This document shows positions 18,871-28,778 of a DNA stretch of 56,755 bases, one piece after another. The translations under genes and the position numbers were made by a program. Source of the stretch: a virus (taxonomy: Duplodnaviria > Caudoviricetes); IMG/VR virus record IMGVR_UViG_3300042879_002674, positions 1 through 56,755 of that record. The stretch is one strand, 5' to 3'. The notes beneath the pieces are model-generated. The model saw only the letters and a program-made list of their open reading frames with translations. It was not told the origin of the DNA and made no database searches. Position 1 is the first letter of the stretch, and every line of letters starts with the position of its first letter.

Positions 18871-20506
18871 TTCCTTTTATTGAATTTTCCCAACCTCTAA
18901 ATAATAGACCATTACCATATTCATATGCTTCACGTTCTAATTCTTTTAGATAATCGTCTTCATTTATATTATATCCTTCGATATTTTGTAATTTTCCTTC
19001 AAGATTTTGTTTATGATGTACCATTTCGTGCGCGAAAGAGCGCAATACATCTTTAGGATGACGTTTTAGTGTGTATAACGTGATTGACTTGTCATTTGGG
19101 TTATAATACGCTGTTTTGCCGAAGAAATCATCAGCGTTCTTAGTATCATCTTCAACAAAATTAACATCTGGTAATGGTTCAATATTAATATGATCCATCA
19201 TATAGTCTGTTAATGATATTAGTTTTTCTATAAAATCTTTATCATTTTCTAAACCTTTTTTACTAATATTAGATATTACTATTTTATCTTTATCTTTATC
19301 AACTTTAAAATCTGGTGGTGATAAATTTTTATAATAGTCTTTATAGTAGTCTACTCTAGTAGGTTCTGATGAGATGTTAAAATCTAATTGTTTGTCTTGG
19401 ATTGGTTCAAAGAAATTATCTATTCCTTTAGGTGTGTTATCATGTCCACATTTATGACACATAAATAAGTCATCACCACCATCTTTAATTTTCCAAGTCC
19501 AACCACAACCATCACAAACTATACTATCACCTTGAATTTGTTCAAATGTTAATTTAGTACTTGTAGTTTGGAAATTAGGTTTACGCATTATAGTTTTAGC
19601 TACCGCTACTACTTTATCACGTAATTGACTTTTTCTAATATCTTTAGTTAATGGAATATTAATGTCAGTATCTGAGTCTGTCGCTACTACCTCTCCTTGG
19701 TCTAATAAATCAGCTAATTCATCTTTTTCATCTGATAGTTTATCAAAGAAATCATATAATTCATCTGTCTCAATTTCAGGACGATTACGTTTATCATTAA
19801 CTCTATCAATAAAATGAGGTGGTATATCAATATCAATTGGGTCTAAAACATCATCAGCATAATCATCTATATCATCAATTTCAGGTTCAGGTACAACCTC
19901 ATTAACCCAAGTTGTTATTTCTTCACCTTCAGACATTGGATTAAGTATACTGTATACTTCTTCTCTTTCGCTATCTGATAACTCAGTTGGTAAGTAGTTA
20001 GATAATGCTTCTTTATCTGTTAGTACTTGTCTAGCTTTAGTACCACTAACATCATTAGTAGTAACAATATTGATTGCTTCTAAATTGTCACGAGTACTAG
20101 CTGCTTTAGAGCGTTTATAAAAATCTTGAAAATCTTGGTCATTACCTTGTCTAGATCCTAAAAACCATTTAACATCTTCAAATGGATGTTCTTTAGCGTA
20201 TCTGTAAATTGAAGATACTGGGTTAGGTGAGGCTGCAATTTCAACATTATCAGGTAGATAATTTTTATAGATATTCCAAATAGCTAATGATTGATCTTGA
20301 GTGATATCTGACCTTCCACCCCCTGTCCCAACAAATATAATAAATTTGTTTGGATTGTATTTTTCTATAGCTTTTTTAACTACTTCAAGATGACCCTTAG
20401 TAGGTGGTTGAAACCCACCTCCAAATAAACCTACAGTTGATCCTTCACCTAAAGAATCAACTTCAGTTAAAAATGGTAATATAAGTGATTTAACTAATGA
20501 GTTCAT
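18863..20506 (-). CDS. Multidomain protein: HIGH-type nucleotidyltransferase, HxxDR domain, Zn ribbon and HExxH domain
   Basis: GGGFQPPTKGH and VSGTKAR; HFIDRVND; CDGC...CHKC; AHEMVH...LEREAY. Confidence 0.75.
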   Translation of the reverse strand: MNSLVKSLILPFLTEVDSLGEGSTVGLFGGGFQPPTKGHLEVVKKAIEKYNPNKFIIFVGTGGGRSDITQDQSLAIWNIYKNYLPDNVEIAASPNPVSSIYRYAKEHPFEDVKWFLGSRQGNDQDFQDFYKRSKAASTRDNLEAINIVTTNDVSGTKARQVLTDKEALSNYLPTELSDSEREEVYSILNPMSEGEEITTWVNEVVPEPEIDDIDDYADDVLDPIDIDIPPHFIDRVNDKRNRPEIETDELYDFFDKLSDEKDELADLLDQGEVVATDSDTDINIPLTKDIRKSQLRDKVVAVAKTIMRKPNFQTTSTKLTFEQIQGDSIVCDGCGWTWKIKDGGDDLFMCHKCGHDNTPKGIDNFFEPIQDKQLDFNISSEPTRVDYYKDYYKNLSPPDFKVDKDKDKIVISNISKKGLENDKDFIEKLISLTDYMMDHINIEPLPDVNFVEDDTKNADDFFGKTAYYNPNDKSITLYTLKRHPKDVLRSFAHEMVHHKQNLEGKLQNIEGYNINEDDYLKELEREAYEYGNGLLFRGWENSIKGND

Positions 20507-21300
20507 TTAATAAAATTATTAACAACAGTAGGTAATTGTTTACTATCTATAGGATTTAATTTAGATTGAATATCCCCGTAAGTATTAGCTATTTTATCAA
20601 TGTTTTGATAAAGTTGTTGTTTTGTTTTTTCTCTTGATTTCTCTCGTTTAGCTTTTTCTTCAGGTGATAATTCAGTATCATCTTTTCTAAATGATGAAAC
20701 AAATTGACCTGATGATAATAAGTTATCAAAATATTCTTTTAGAGTACCATCTTGATATGCTTTTTCAAAATTAGCAATTTCTGCTTCTTCTTCTGGACCT
20801 GATGGTGTGTTTACTAAAATAAAATTATCTCCAAATATATTTTTATACTCATCTAATAAATTATAAACATTAGCCCAAGTACCTAAAACACCAGCAGCTG
20901 GTACTTTACGTTCACGTTTGTAGTTTCTTAAAAATGATACTATTGGGTGAGCATAAACCATTATCATCATTATATCATATCCACCTTCGTTTAACATATC
21001 TAATGTTGGTTGAAGTGTAGATAGATTAGATGCTGTAGTGTCGTAAATTAAATTACGTTTAGCTGCTATAGCGTTAGGTAAGTCTTGTTTTCTTATTTGA
21101 GATGAGGCAGCAGATAAATTACCAAACATTGGTGAATCTTTATCTTCTACATATTTGTCTGCATTTAAGTTTTCAAATCCTTTTAATTGAGAATCAATTG
21201 TTTTTAGGATTGTTGATTTACCTACTGATGCTCCTCCAGCCATTATTATAGCTTTTGGTTTGTTTTGTACTTCTTTTAGTAAGTCAGTTAGTTTTATCAT
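20503..21300 (-). CDS. P-loop kinase of zeta-toxin/AAA_33 type; start revised to MIKLTDLLKE
   Basis: GGASVGKS, NADKY, LIYDTT, RNYKRERKVP lid; promoter motifs lie between the track start and the revised start. Confidence 0.8.
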   Translation of the reverse strand: MIKLTDLLKEVQNKPKAIIMAGGASVGKSTILKTIDSQLKGFENLNADKYVEDKDSPMFGNLSAASSQIRKQDLPNAIAAKRNLIYDTTASNLSTLQPTLDMLNEGGYDIMMIMVYAHPIVSFLRNYKRERKVPAAGVLGTWANVYNLLDEYKNIFGDNFILVNTPSGPEEEAEIANFEKAYQDGTLKEYFDNLLSSGQFVSSFRKDDTELSPEEKAKREKSREKTKQQLYQNIDKIANTYGDIQSKLNPIDSKQLPTVVNNFIK

Positions 21301-21305
21301 CTTGC

Positions 21306-21338
21306 TAAATATAATAAAGAGATTTGGCATAGCCAAAC
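21306..21338 (-). promoter_or_regulatory. Early/host-type promoter, with a late-type ATATTTAT motif just upstream (about 21346-21354)
   Basis: 33-bp motif immediately upstream of the kinase ATG. Confidence 0.6.
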
Positions 21339-21353
21339 CTTTTATCATAAATA

Positions 21354-22124
21354 TTACAAGTCTTCTCGTTTTGCGGTAGTTCTAAACGACTCAAATACAG
21401 GTGCGGACTTAGGATTTTCAAGATCAAATAACTTACGTACAGTCTTGAATATTTCTAAATTTTCTTCAAATGTACGTTCTGATTCAGCTATTTCCCATCC
21501 CTTACCTTGCATTTTCTCTTTATTAGCTTTACGTTTAGATGATTTTAACCATAACACAGCTGCATGATCAGCTTCTAGACCATAACATTCTTTGTAACAT
21601 TGTTTATAAACAGCTGTTTGTAATTCATATACTGTTTGTAGATGATTAGATGTTTTAAAATCAATAATCCATAACTTACCATCAATTTCACAAACTAGAT
21701 CACATGTACCAGCTACTTTTAATTCATCTGAAAATAAGTGTACTTCAGTCTCAATTAATTTAGGTTTATATGTTTCCCAAAAGTCTACAAAACGTAAGAA
21801 CATAATCCATACTTCAGGATTATACTGTGGTACACCATATGAACTTAAAAATGTTAATTCTTCACCGTTTAAGTATTCTTCAATCATTTCATGAACTTGA
21901 GTACCATCTTCAGCTGCTTTTTTAACAATGTACTCTGAGGCGTAACCTACTTTCTTTAACCAATCTTCAAAATGTTTACCTTTAGGATATGTTCCTAACA
22001 CATAAGTAACAGATGGATAATAATCACTATTTCTTCTATAATACCTAGAATCTGGTAGTGTTATTTGTTTATGGTCATCAGAAATTTCTAATATACGCTT
22101 ATACGAGTGTTTTATTTTGCTCAT
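21354..22124 (-). CDS. PD-(D/E)xK exonuclease (Cas4/RecB-like phage nuclease)
   Basis: YPSVT, GTQVH, E...AGTCD...IIDFKTS, QTAVY. Confidence 0.85.
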   Translation of the reverse strand: MSKIKHSYKRILEISDDHKQITLPDSRYYRRNSDYYPSVTYVLGTYPKGKHFEDWLKKVGYASEYIVKKAAEDGTQVHEMIEEYLNGEELTFLSSYGVPQYNPEVWIMFLRFVDFWETYKPKLIETEVHLFSDELKVAGTCDLVCEIDGKLWIIDFKTSNHLQTVYELQTAVYKQCYKECYGLEADHAAVLWLKSSKRKANKEKMQGKGWEIAESERTFEENLEIFKTVRKLFDLENPKSAPVFESFRTTAKREDL

Positions 22125-23050
22125 ACTAATTGGAGTTTTTTCTCAAATAAACTTGAGAATGTTAATGGAATGGTTTGTTGGATTAGATTTGTAAAATTTT
22201 CGAATCCCATTTCACCAGGATCTTTATCTTGCATATCTACCAAATATACCTCTTTACCTTCATTGATTAGCTCTTCACAAAATGACAGAGCTTGTTTAAT
22301 AGCATCTTTATCTAATGCTATATATATTTTTTGTACTTTAGAAGTAACTAATTTTTTTCTTAAGTTTTGTTGAATATTTTTACCTAACAGTGGGATAACA
22401 TTGCGTTTAATAGCTAATGCGTCAAATGGTCCCTCACATAATATAATTGGTATATTCCAGTTAATAAACAACTCAAATGGTATTATATCACGAGATACAT
22501 CTGGGTTTTTATATTTTATAGATGAGTTTTTATCAAAACTTCTAGCTGTAAAATAATTTAAGATTCCATCTTTGTCATATGATGGTATTACAATACAGTT
22601 GTTATACTTACCAGATTCACAATAACCTATATTGTATTTAATAATGTCGTTAGGTGTTACTTGTCTGCGTTTTAAATAGCTGATTGCGTGCTTATATGCG
22701 ATGCTACTATATTGGGTTGATAGTGGTTTAAATTCTTTAGGTAATTCTACTTTTTTCTCAACTACTACTGTTTCTACACCTGATGTGTATTTTACTAATG
22801 ACTTTAATTCATTTATTTTTTCAGCAGTAGCCTCTATTACTTTAAATAGTTTAACTAGACTTTTACCTCTTTTATCACAAACCCAACAGTGCCATGGATG
22901 TTCACCTTTTTCATTTTCAGATAAATTAATTTCAAGTTTAGGTTTGTGATGATTACAAAATGGACAATGGTAAGCAAAGTTACCTTTAGAGGTAGACTTA
23001 CCAGTACCTAAAACAGAATTTATTGTTGCTACTAAAGCTTGATTTACCAT
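22121..23050 (-). CDS. DNA primase (DnaG-type)
   Basis: Zn finger CPFCNH...HCWVC; TOPRIM CEGPFDA and ALDKDA; KDPGE. Confidence 0.9.
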   Translation of the reverse strand: MVNQALVATINSVLGTGKSTSKGNFAYHCPFCNHHKPKLEINLSENEKGEHPWHCWVCDKRGKSLVKLFKVIEATAEKINELKSLVKYTSGVETVVVEKKVELPKEFKPLSTQYSSIAYKHAISYLKRRQVTPNDIIKYNIGYCESGKYNNCIVIPSYDKDGILNYFTARSFDKNSSIKYKNPDVSRDIIPFELFINWNIPIILCEGPFDALAIKRNVIPLLGKNIQQNLRKKLVTSKVQKIYIALDKDAIKQALSFCEELINEGKEVYLVDMQDKDPGEMGFENFTNLIQQTIPLTFSSLFEKKLQLV

Positions 23051-23052
23051 AC

Positions 23053-23520
23053 TTACAATATATCAATCAGATGTGGATTAGCCAAATCTTTCTTAAAATA
23101 TCGTCCTTGTATGTTATCATTGTAACTGTTTGTTTCTAAACAGCTAGTTGTGAATTGGTATTTAGCTTCAAGATATGATAGATGTTTTGATGTCCATGCT
23201 ATATCTAGTATTTCTCTATAGAATTTATCTTCACCTAAACGTGCTACATCTTCTAGTAATGGTTTACAACTGCCCCAATATGTTTGCCAATCTGACTCAG
23301 CGTATGAAACTTCTTTAGTTTTCTTACGACCAGGACCAGTTTGTTCAGCCATGGCTTTTTTACCTAACTTTTTAGTCTTTTTATGTTGTAAGAATTTTTT
23401 TCCAATATATATTCTACCATCAACTGTATTAGAAATAAGATAAACAAACCCAAATGGAGTATGTTCACCAAAATCTTCTATGTTTTCAACTTTTTTACCT
23501 TTATATAACCAATTTACCAT
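23053..23520 (-). CDS. GIY-YIG family nuclease-like protein
   Basis: FGFVYLISN...IYIGKK, YWGS, LE...YNDNI. Confidence 0.75.
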   Translation of the reverse strand: MVNWLYKGKKVENIEDFGEHTPFGFVYLISNTVDGRIYIGKKFLQHKKTKKLGKKAMAEQTGPGRKKTKEVSYAESDWQTYWGSCKPLLEDVARLGEDKFYREILDIAWTSKHLSYLEAKYQFTTSCLETNSYNDNIQGRYFKKDLANPHLIDIL

Positions 23521-23524
23521 AATC

Positions 23525-24472
23525 TTATTTATCTATATTAACTAATATTGTTGTATCAGTTGTTCGACTTGTTGGAAGAGGTTGACCTAATTTAGCTACC
23601 ATTAATAATTCTTGTGCTTCATTATAGAAACCTACTGTTGTAACATATGGACTAAAATATGAACCTGTTACAAAATTATAAACTGTACCTTCTGTAGAAC
23701 CTGATATTAATGATGGGTTTAAACTAAAGTTAAATTCTTCAGGTCTAATAGTACATTTATATTGTGTCTCATATATTGTTCTTGAACTTTGGAAGCTACA
23801 AGTAATATTATTGGTATCAAAAAAGCCATCGTCTATACTTGGTCCAAAATTAGATGGAAATATTACAGTACCATGACTATAGTTTATAATACCTGCTGGT
23901 TGTGATCCTGATATTAATATTCCTTCTCCATTGTCTGTAACTATTGAGATATTTCCAGGGGTTGATCCTTCTACTTTTATATAAAAAGTATTTGGGTTTA
24001 TATAATCTCCAAATAAATCTCTAGGTATGGATAACATAACAAAACCAGCTAAATCAAAATACCTACTAAATCCATAGTTAGAAGTATATCCAATTGAATT
24101 AGTTTGGAATAATGTTGTGGATTCATAGTTATAAAACCTACTATAAACATTAGTTAATGAATCATCTTCTACTACTTGCCCTAAGTAATTAGTGATATAA
24201 GGAGAACCACTAATTGGATTAGGAATGTAATTAGTGTAATATAACTGTTTTATAGAGTTATATAATCCTCCTACAGTTATTGAAGAAGTGATTGAAGGGT
24301 TTGATGAAGCAGAAATATTAAATTGTGAAGAACTTTTATTATAATTTATTCCTGTTAATCCAATAATTCCATTATTAATTAAAGACGCAGTGCCTTCAAA
24401 AGAAAAACTTTTGTTAACAACTAACGGAGATACAATGATATCCGTGCTTAGAAATTGTTTGAAAGCACTCAT
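23525..24472 (-). CDS. Tail/baseplate structural protein
   Basis: C-terminal YVTTVGFYN..ELLMVAKL..PL motif of tail-collar type; paralogous to the next gene. Confidence 0.6.
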   Translation of the reverse strand: MSAFKQFLSTDIIVSPLVVNKSFSFEGTASLINNGIIGLTGINYNKSSSQFNISASSNPSITSSITVGGLYNSIKQLYYTNYIPNPISGSPYITNYLGQVVEDDSLTNVYSRFYNYESTTLFQTNSIGYTSNYGFSRYFDLAGFVMLSIPRDLFGDYINPNTFYIKVEGSTPGNISIVTDNGEGILISGSQPAGIINYSHGTVIFPSNFGPSIDDGFFDTNNITCSFQSSRTIYETQYKCTIRPEEFNFSLNPSLISGSTEGTVYNFVTGSYFSPYVTTVGFYNEAQELLMVAKLGQPLPTSRTTDTTILVNIDK

Positions 24473-24475
24473 TCA

Positions 24476-25546
24476 TTAAAAATCTAATTTAACACGTACT
24501 AATGCCTCTTTTGTAAAGTCTTTCTTAAGTGGTTTTGATAATTTAGCTACTGCTAACAATTCATTTGAATCATTATATAAACCTACGGTTGTAATATAAG
24601 TAGTTGGGCTATTGATAAATAAATCATATAAAACAGCTCCTGTGCTACCTGATATGAAGCTTGGGTTTTCAGTGTAATTAAATTCAGCGTTTCTTGCTCT
24701 ACAAAATACAAAATCAGAAGTTATTGTTTCATTACTGTTTAATGAAAAACTACTTGTAAATGAACCTGTAGTTAATCCTATTTTGGCTGAGCTTGTAGAA
24801 TATAAACGAATTGGGTTAGCAGCGTTTACGTTTGATGTTCTTACTGTATTTAAAGAAATACCTCCACTAGCAAATTGTAAATCTAAGACTGGGGCGTTTA
24901 AAATAATAGTTCCAATGTCTGGTAAAAATAGACCATATGAGCCTGAGATTGTCATACCATTACTTACTGCTCCTAAAGCACTATTTGCTGTTGATACAGC
25001 TGTTCCATTACTCCCAGATACAATTTGATATACTCTACCAGCATCACAATAAGTGACAGTTGTAGTATCTAAACTATTATCGGTTAGATTAATTTGTTTA
25101 GAAGCAGAATATAATGTTAAGTTTAATGATCCTGGGAATAATGATTCTTTGAATCTTGCTCTATCAACTGTAATAGCATAAAAATCTTGTTGGGTAGGAG
25201 TAACTGAAGAGAATGAAAATTGAGTATTCTCATCTCCATAAATTAAATTACGGAATTGTCCATAGACTGTTCTTGAAGGTGATAATCCATTTATACCAGC
25301 GTCATATAGTAATGATCCTGATCCGTTTATATTACCGTAAGCTATGTTAAATTGTATTTCAGCTGATGTGTCTGTAGATGGGTTGGTACTATATATATTT
25401 AAATAGTAGTTACCAGATGTTCCAGCTACTTGAACAGAAGATGTATACATTGCTGTTAATGGGGAGACGTAATTAGTCCAACATGGAGCAGTTATACTAT
25501 CAGCACTAACTAAGAAATCTTGAGGGTCTAATGTTTTATATGACAT
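24476..25546 (-). CDS. Tail/baseplate structural protein
   Basis: C-terminal YITTVGLYND..ELLAVAKLSKPL...VKLDF. Confidence 0.6.
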   Translation of the reverse strand: MSYKTLDPQDFLVSADSITAPCWTNYVSPLTAMYTSSVQVAGTSGNYYLNIYSTNPSTDTSAEIQFNIAYGNINGSGSLLYDAGINGLSPSRTVYGQFRNLIYGDENTQFSFSSVTPTQQDFYAITVDRARFKESLFPGSLNLTLYSASKQINLTDNSLDTTTVTYCDAGRVYQIVSGSNGTAVSTANSALGAVSNGMTISGSYGLFLPDIGTIILNAPVLDLQFASGGISLNTVRTSNVNAANPIRLYSTSSAKIGLTTGSFTSSFSLNSNETITSDFVFCRARNAEFNYTENPSFISGSTGAVLYDLFINSPTTYITTVGLYNDSNELLAVAKLSKPLKKDFTKEALVRVKLDF

Positions 25547-25563
25547 TTTTTATAATATTTTTA

Positions 25564-26220
25564 TTAGCTAACTTTTGTTATAGTGATTGGGATAGTTACT
25601 CTAGCTCCACTATCTCTACCTTGAACAATCAATATAGTTTGTAATTGAGTTTGTGTTCCAAATAATGTATTAATAGTAGTACCAGTCATGTTTAATGTAG
25701 TACCGATCACGGTCTTAGACACATTAGTTCCAAGAGTAGTTGTTGAGTTTAAAGCTGTTGATGTATTAGTATTAATACCTACACCATTAAACACACTCAT
25801 TGTTCTAACATCACCAATAGTAAAGTTATATCCTGAGGTTTCAAATGTTTGTGTTCCACCTAAATAATTTAATGTTTGGGGAGTAATTGAAAGAGAAGCA
25901 CCTTGTTTTAATACTATGTTAGTATAACCAATATTAATAATAGGCATTTTAGCTGTACCACGTGGTAATGTAGTAAGTTGATACTTCATTATTTGTGTTT
26001 CATCAGAAAATGCTTCTAATAAAGGCATACCTTCAATTGCTTGACCATAATAAGCTGATCCTGAAGGATTATTTGGATTGAATAAGGTGTAATCAATTTC
26101 ATCATCTGATAATGAAAATTGAGTGATACGAAATGAGCCGTCATTTTTGGCTAATAACTCTCTACCTTTTTTAGTTAAAATAGCATCAACTGTTACTATT
26201 TGGTTATTTAAATATCCCAT
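25564..26220 (-). CDS. Tail/baseplate structural protein
   Basis: ILTKKGRELLAK...ITQF motif, similar to tail-fibre attachment N-termini. Confidence 0.6.
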   Translation of the reverse strand: MGYLNNQIVTVDAILTKKGRELLAKNDGSFRITQFSLSDDEIDYTLFNPNNPSGSAYYGQAIEGMPLLEAFSDETQIMKYQLTTLPRGTAKMPIINIGYTNIVLKQGASLSITPQTLNYLGGTQTFETSGYNFTIGDVRTMSVFNGVGINTNTSTALNSTTTLGTNVSKTVIGTTLNMTGTTINTLFGTQTQLQTILIVQGRDSGARVTIPITITKVS

Positions 26221-26246
26221 TTTTTATATATAATTTATTATAAATA

Positions 26247-27773
26247 TTATGTTAATAAGCCTTCTGCGGCAAGTTTTTGGACTATAGTTGTAAAATCACT
26301 TTCTAATTCTTCAGACATATATTGGGGTTTTAAGAAACCTGTTAATGTTTGACCTGTTGTACCTGAGGGTTTAGGTACATCTAATATTATTTGATTACCA
26401 GCATTTGGGTTTATCCTAAATACGGTGAAATGATCGGTTATTGATCCTGATGGGATTGGGGGTTTGATATCAATTTGGGTAACACCTACTCCTAAAATAG
26501 TATATGTGCTAATATTATATATTTTTGATATTTTTGTTTTGTCATATTCAAAACGTATATAATCACCAGGAAGTAAATATGATGGAAAAGTTATATTATT
26601 AAAACCTAAAGATAAAGATGATGTAGGAATAATTTGAACATAATTACTTTGAGGATTTAATACATTTGTTAATCCTATAGATGTTATTAAAGATTGAGTT
26701 GCGTTAGAAGATGTTGGATAATTTAATGGAACCCAATATGGAGATATCACTTCTAAAGCATTAGAGTAATTAGTAGTTGCTAAGAATGAGGTATTTAAAG
26801 TATTAGGAGCTGATCCTAGTACTAGTAAAGATGGAGAAAAAGCACTTAATGATTCTAGTTTATATCTTACTCTTATTCTTGAACCACTTTCAAACACTTG
26901 AGGCACAGTTTGTATGTAATTTAAATATGCTGAGGTGGCGGACCCACCTTGAGCTCTATATACTTGACCTTCATCAGTTGTTATAATACTTTGTATTGGT
27001 GGAGTATTTAAATTATTGGAGAAATTTACCCCAGGTGTAGCAATTGTTAAATCTAAAGATTGAGATGTTACAAAATTATCAGTAGATTTTATTATTTGCA
27101 TGTATAATACTTCACTAGGACTTAACCCATTTACAAACATACTTGCTTTAAAAGTTACTTTGGTACTATAATCATAGGTATTAGTACTAAAAGCATAAGT
27201 GTATGTTGAGTTATTATAACTAGATGATGGATCAGATAATTCATATGGATAATCCATAGTTGTCCATGATGTAGCTGTTATAGCACTAGAATTGACTTTT
27301 TTAGTTGAAAAAGTATAGTCAGGAATAAATCCTGTTTGTAATGAGGTCCCACCTTGAGAAAAACTCATTGTTGTGATATAATCCATTTTTCCAGAACCTG
27401 TTTCTGTAGTTAAGATAGTTTCTATTCTACCTATATCTGTTATAGTTTTAGTACCTAATAAAGTACTAAATAAAGTAGTTCCTTCTAAACTTGTAACATT
27501 TACTGTCTTCCCAACTTCAAAATTTTGTATTAAGTTTAACACATCTATTGAATTAGGTTGAGGGGTCACTACATTACCTTGAGCATCAATTAAATACTTT
27601 ACAAAATAAGCAGTTTGGTCTATAAGTTCAGGGCCTGTTCCTCCTACACTACTAAAATAAGCAAAATATGTTTGATTTTTCTCAGCGGCAGAAAGTGCTC
27701 CATACCCACTATTATCTATGGTAAGATCATTAAAATCTCCTTGTATATTCGCACTATATAAATTTTCTGACAT
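26247..27773 (-). CDS. Ser/Thr-rich structural protein (tail-associated)
   Basis: 508 aa, beta-rich composition, within the structural operon. Confidence 0.55.
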   Translation of the reverse strand: MSENLYSANIQGDFNDLTIDNSGYGALSAAEKNQTYFAYFSSVGGTGPELIDQTAYFVKYLIDAQGNVVTPQPNSIDVLNLIQNFEVGKTVNVTSLEGTTLFSTLLGTKTITDIGRIETILTTETGSGKMDYITTMSFSQGGTSLQTGFIPDYTFSTKKVNSSAITATSWTTMDYPYELSDPSSSYNNSTYTYAFSTNTYDYSTKVTFKASMFVNGLSPSEVLYMQIIKSTDNFVTSQSLDLTIATPGVNFSNNLNTPPIQSIITTDEGQVYRAQGGSATSAYLNYIQTVPQVFESGSRIRVRYKLESLSAFSPSLLVLGSAPNTLNTSFLATTNYSNALEVISPYWVPLNYPTSSNATQSLITSIGLTNVLNPQSNYVQIIPTSSLSLGFNNITFPSYLLPGDYIRFEYDKTKISKIYNISTYTILGVGVTQIDIKPPIPSGSITDHFTVFRINPNAGNQIILDVPKPSGTTGQTLTGFLKPQYMSEELESDFTTIVQKLAAEGLLT

Positions 27774-27774
27774 A

Positions 27775-28764
27775 TTATGTTGTTCTATATGAATTTGTTC
27801 TACTACCGTTGTATCTTAAATTAGACCAAGCTTTTGAATTATAATTTGAGTCTTGAACAAAAGCTCTATCAGCGGTTCCTGATATGATAAGACCAAAGTT
27901 AACAGGAGTCAAGGGATTTTGAGAATAATCTATATCCATCCAAATATTTGAATATTGTGGTGTCTCAGCATTATCTAATAATGGGTTGTAATCATTATAG
28001 TCAAAATTAATAGCATCAGGATCAAAAATTACTAATGATGATGAACCATTAAATGGAGAGGAGTTAATCATTGATAAACTTACATGACATGAATTTATTG
28101 TTAAATTAGTAGAATCTAAACCTTCAGCTACTATAAAATTAATTATGTTATTTTCTACTAATCCTATTCCTGATCCTGTTAAGAATAAAGTAGTGTTAAA
28201 AGTATTAGTACCAACAGATAAATTGATTGATTTAACCGATTGGCCTACTCCGTCTCCATTATTCCAAATTGCTGTTGATAATCCAGCTCCTACTACCATA
28301 TATGTACCTGGGCTGGCTATGTAAGTGTAACTACCACTAATTTGAACTTGTAAGCCTACATTAGGAGTTTGATGGAGATAATAATCACCATTAGAAGCTG
28401 TAAGGAAACCTAATGTATTACCACTTACACTCCCAAAAGATGATATTTTTATACTTCCATATTCTATATCATCTGCACTTACTGGAGTGAAACTACTAGC
28501 AGAAGTAGCTAAGAAGCTATAATTATTTATATCTCCTAATGAAGATGTTATAGGTTGGGGGTAAGTTAAACCAAATATAAAATAATCATTTTGGACTTGT
28601 GTAGTTGATATAGCATATTGTTTAACTCCAATATCAGGATGATTAATACGGATTGAAGTCATTTGAGCTAGATAATCAGATTTATCTGTACCATTAGCAT
28701 CAAATTTATTAATTTTTAAATATTTTATACCATCATTATATATGGTTCCGTATCCTGTAGGCAT
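27775..28764 (-). CDS. Structural protein (tail-associated)
   Basis: 329 aa, within the structural operon. Confidence 0.55.
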   Translation of the reverse strand: MPTGYGTIYNDGIKYLKINKFDANGTDKSDYLAQMTSIRINHPDIGVKQYAISTTQVQNDYFIFGLTYPQPITSSLGDINNYSFLATSASSFTPVSADDIEYGSIKISSFGSVSGNTLGFLTASNGDYYLHQTPNVGLQVQISGSYTYIASPGTYMVVGAGLSTAIWNNGDGVGQSVKSINLSVGTNTFNTTLFLTGSGIGLVENNIINFIVAEGLDSTNLTINSCHVSLSMINSSPFNGSSSLVIFDPDAINFDYNDYNPLLDNAETPQYSNIWMDIDYSQNPLTPVNFGLIISGTADRAFVQDSNYNSKAWSNLRYNGSRTNSYRTT

Positions 28765-28778
28765 ATGACTATTTTATT

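Noticed and set aside
20503-21300. Zeta/epsilon toxin-antitoxin pair
   Set aside because: Only the kinase fold is supported; no antitoxin-like neighbour is evident
21354-22124. Cas4 as part of a CRISPR system
   Set aside because: No array or other cas genes, no evident Fe-S cysteine set, and the location next to primase fits a replication exonuclease
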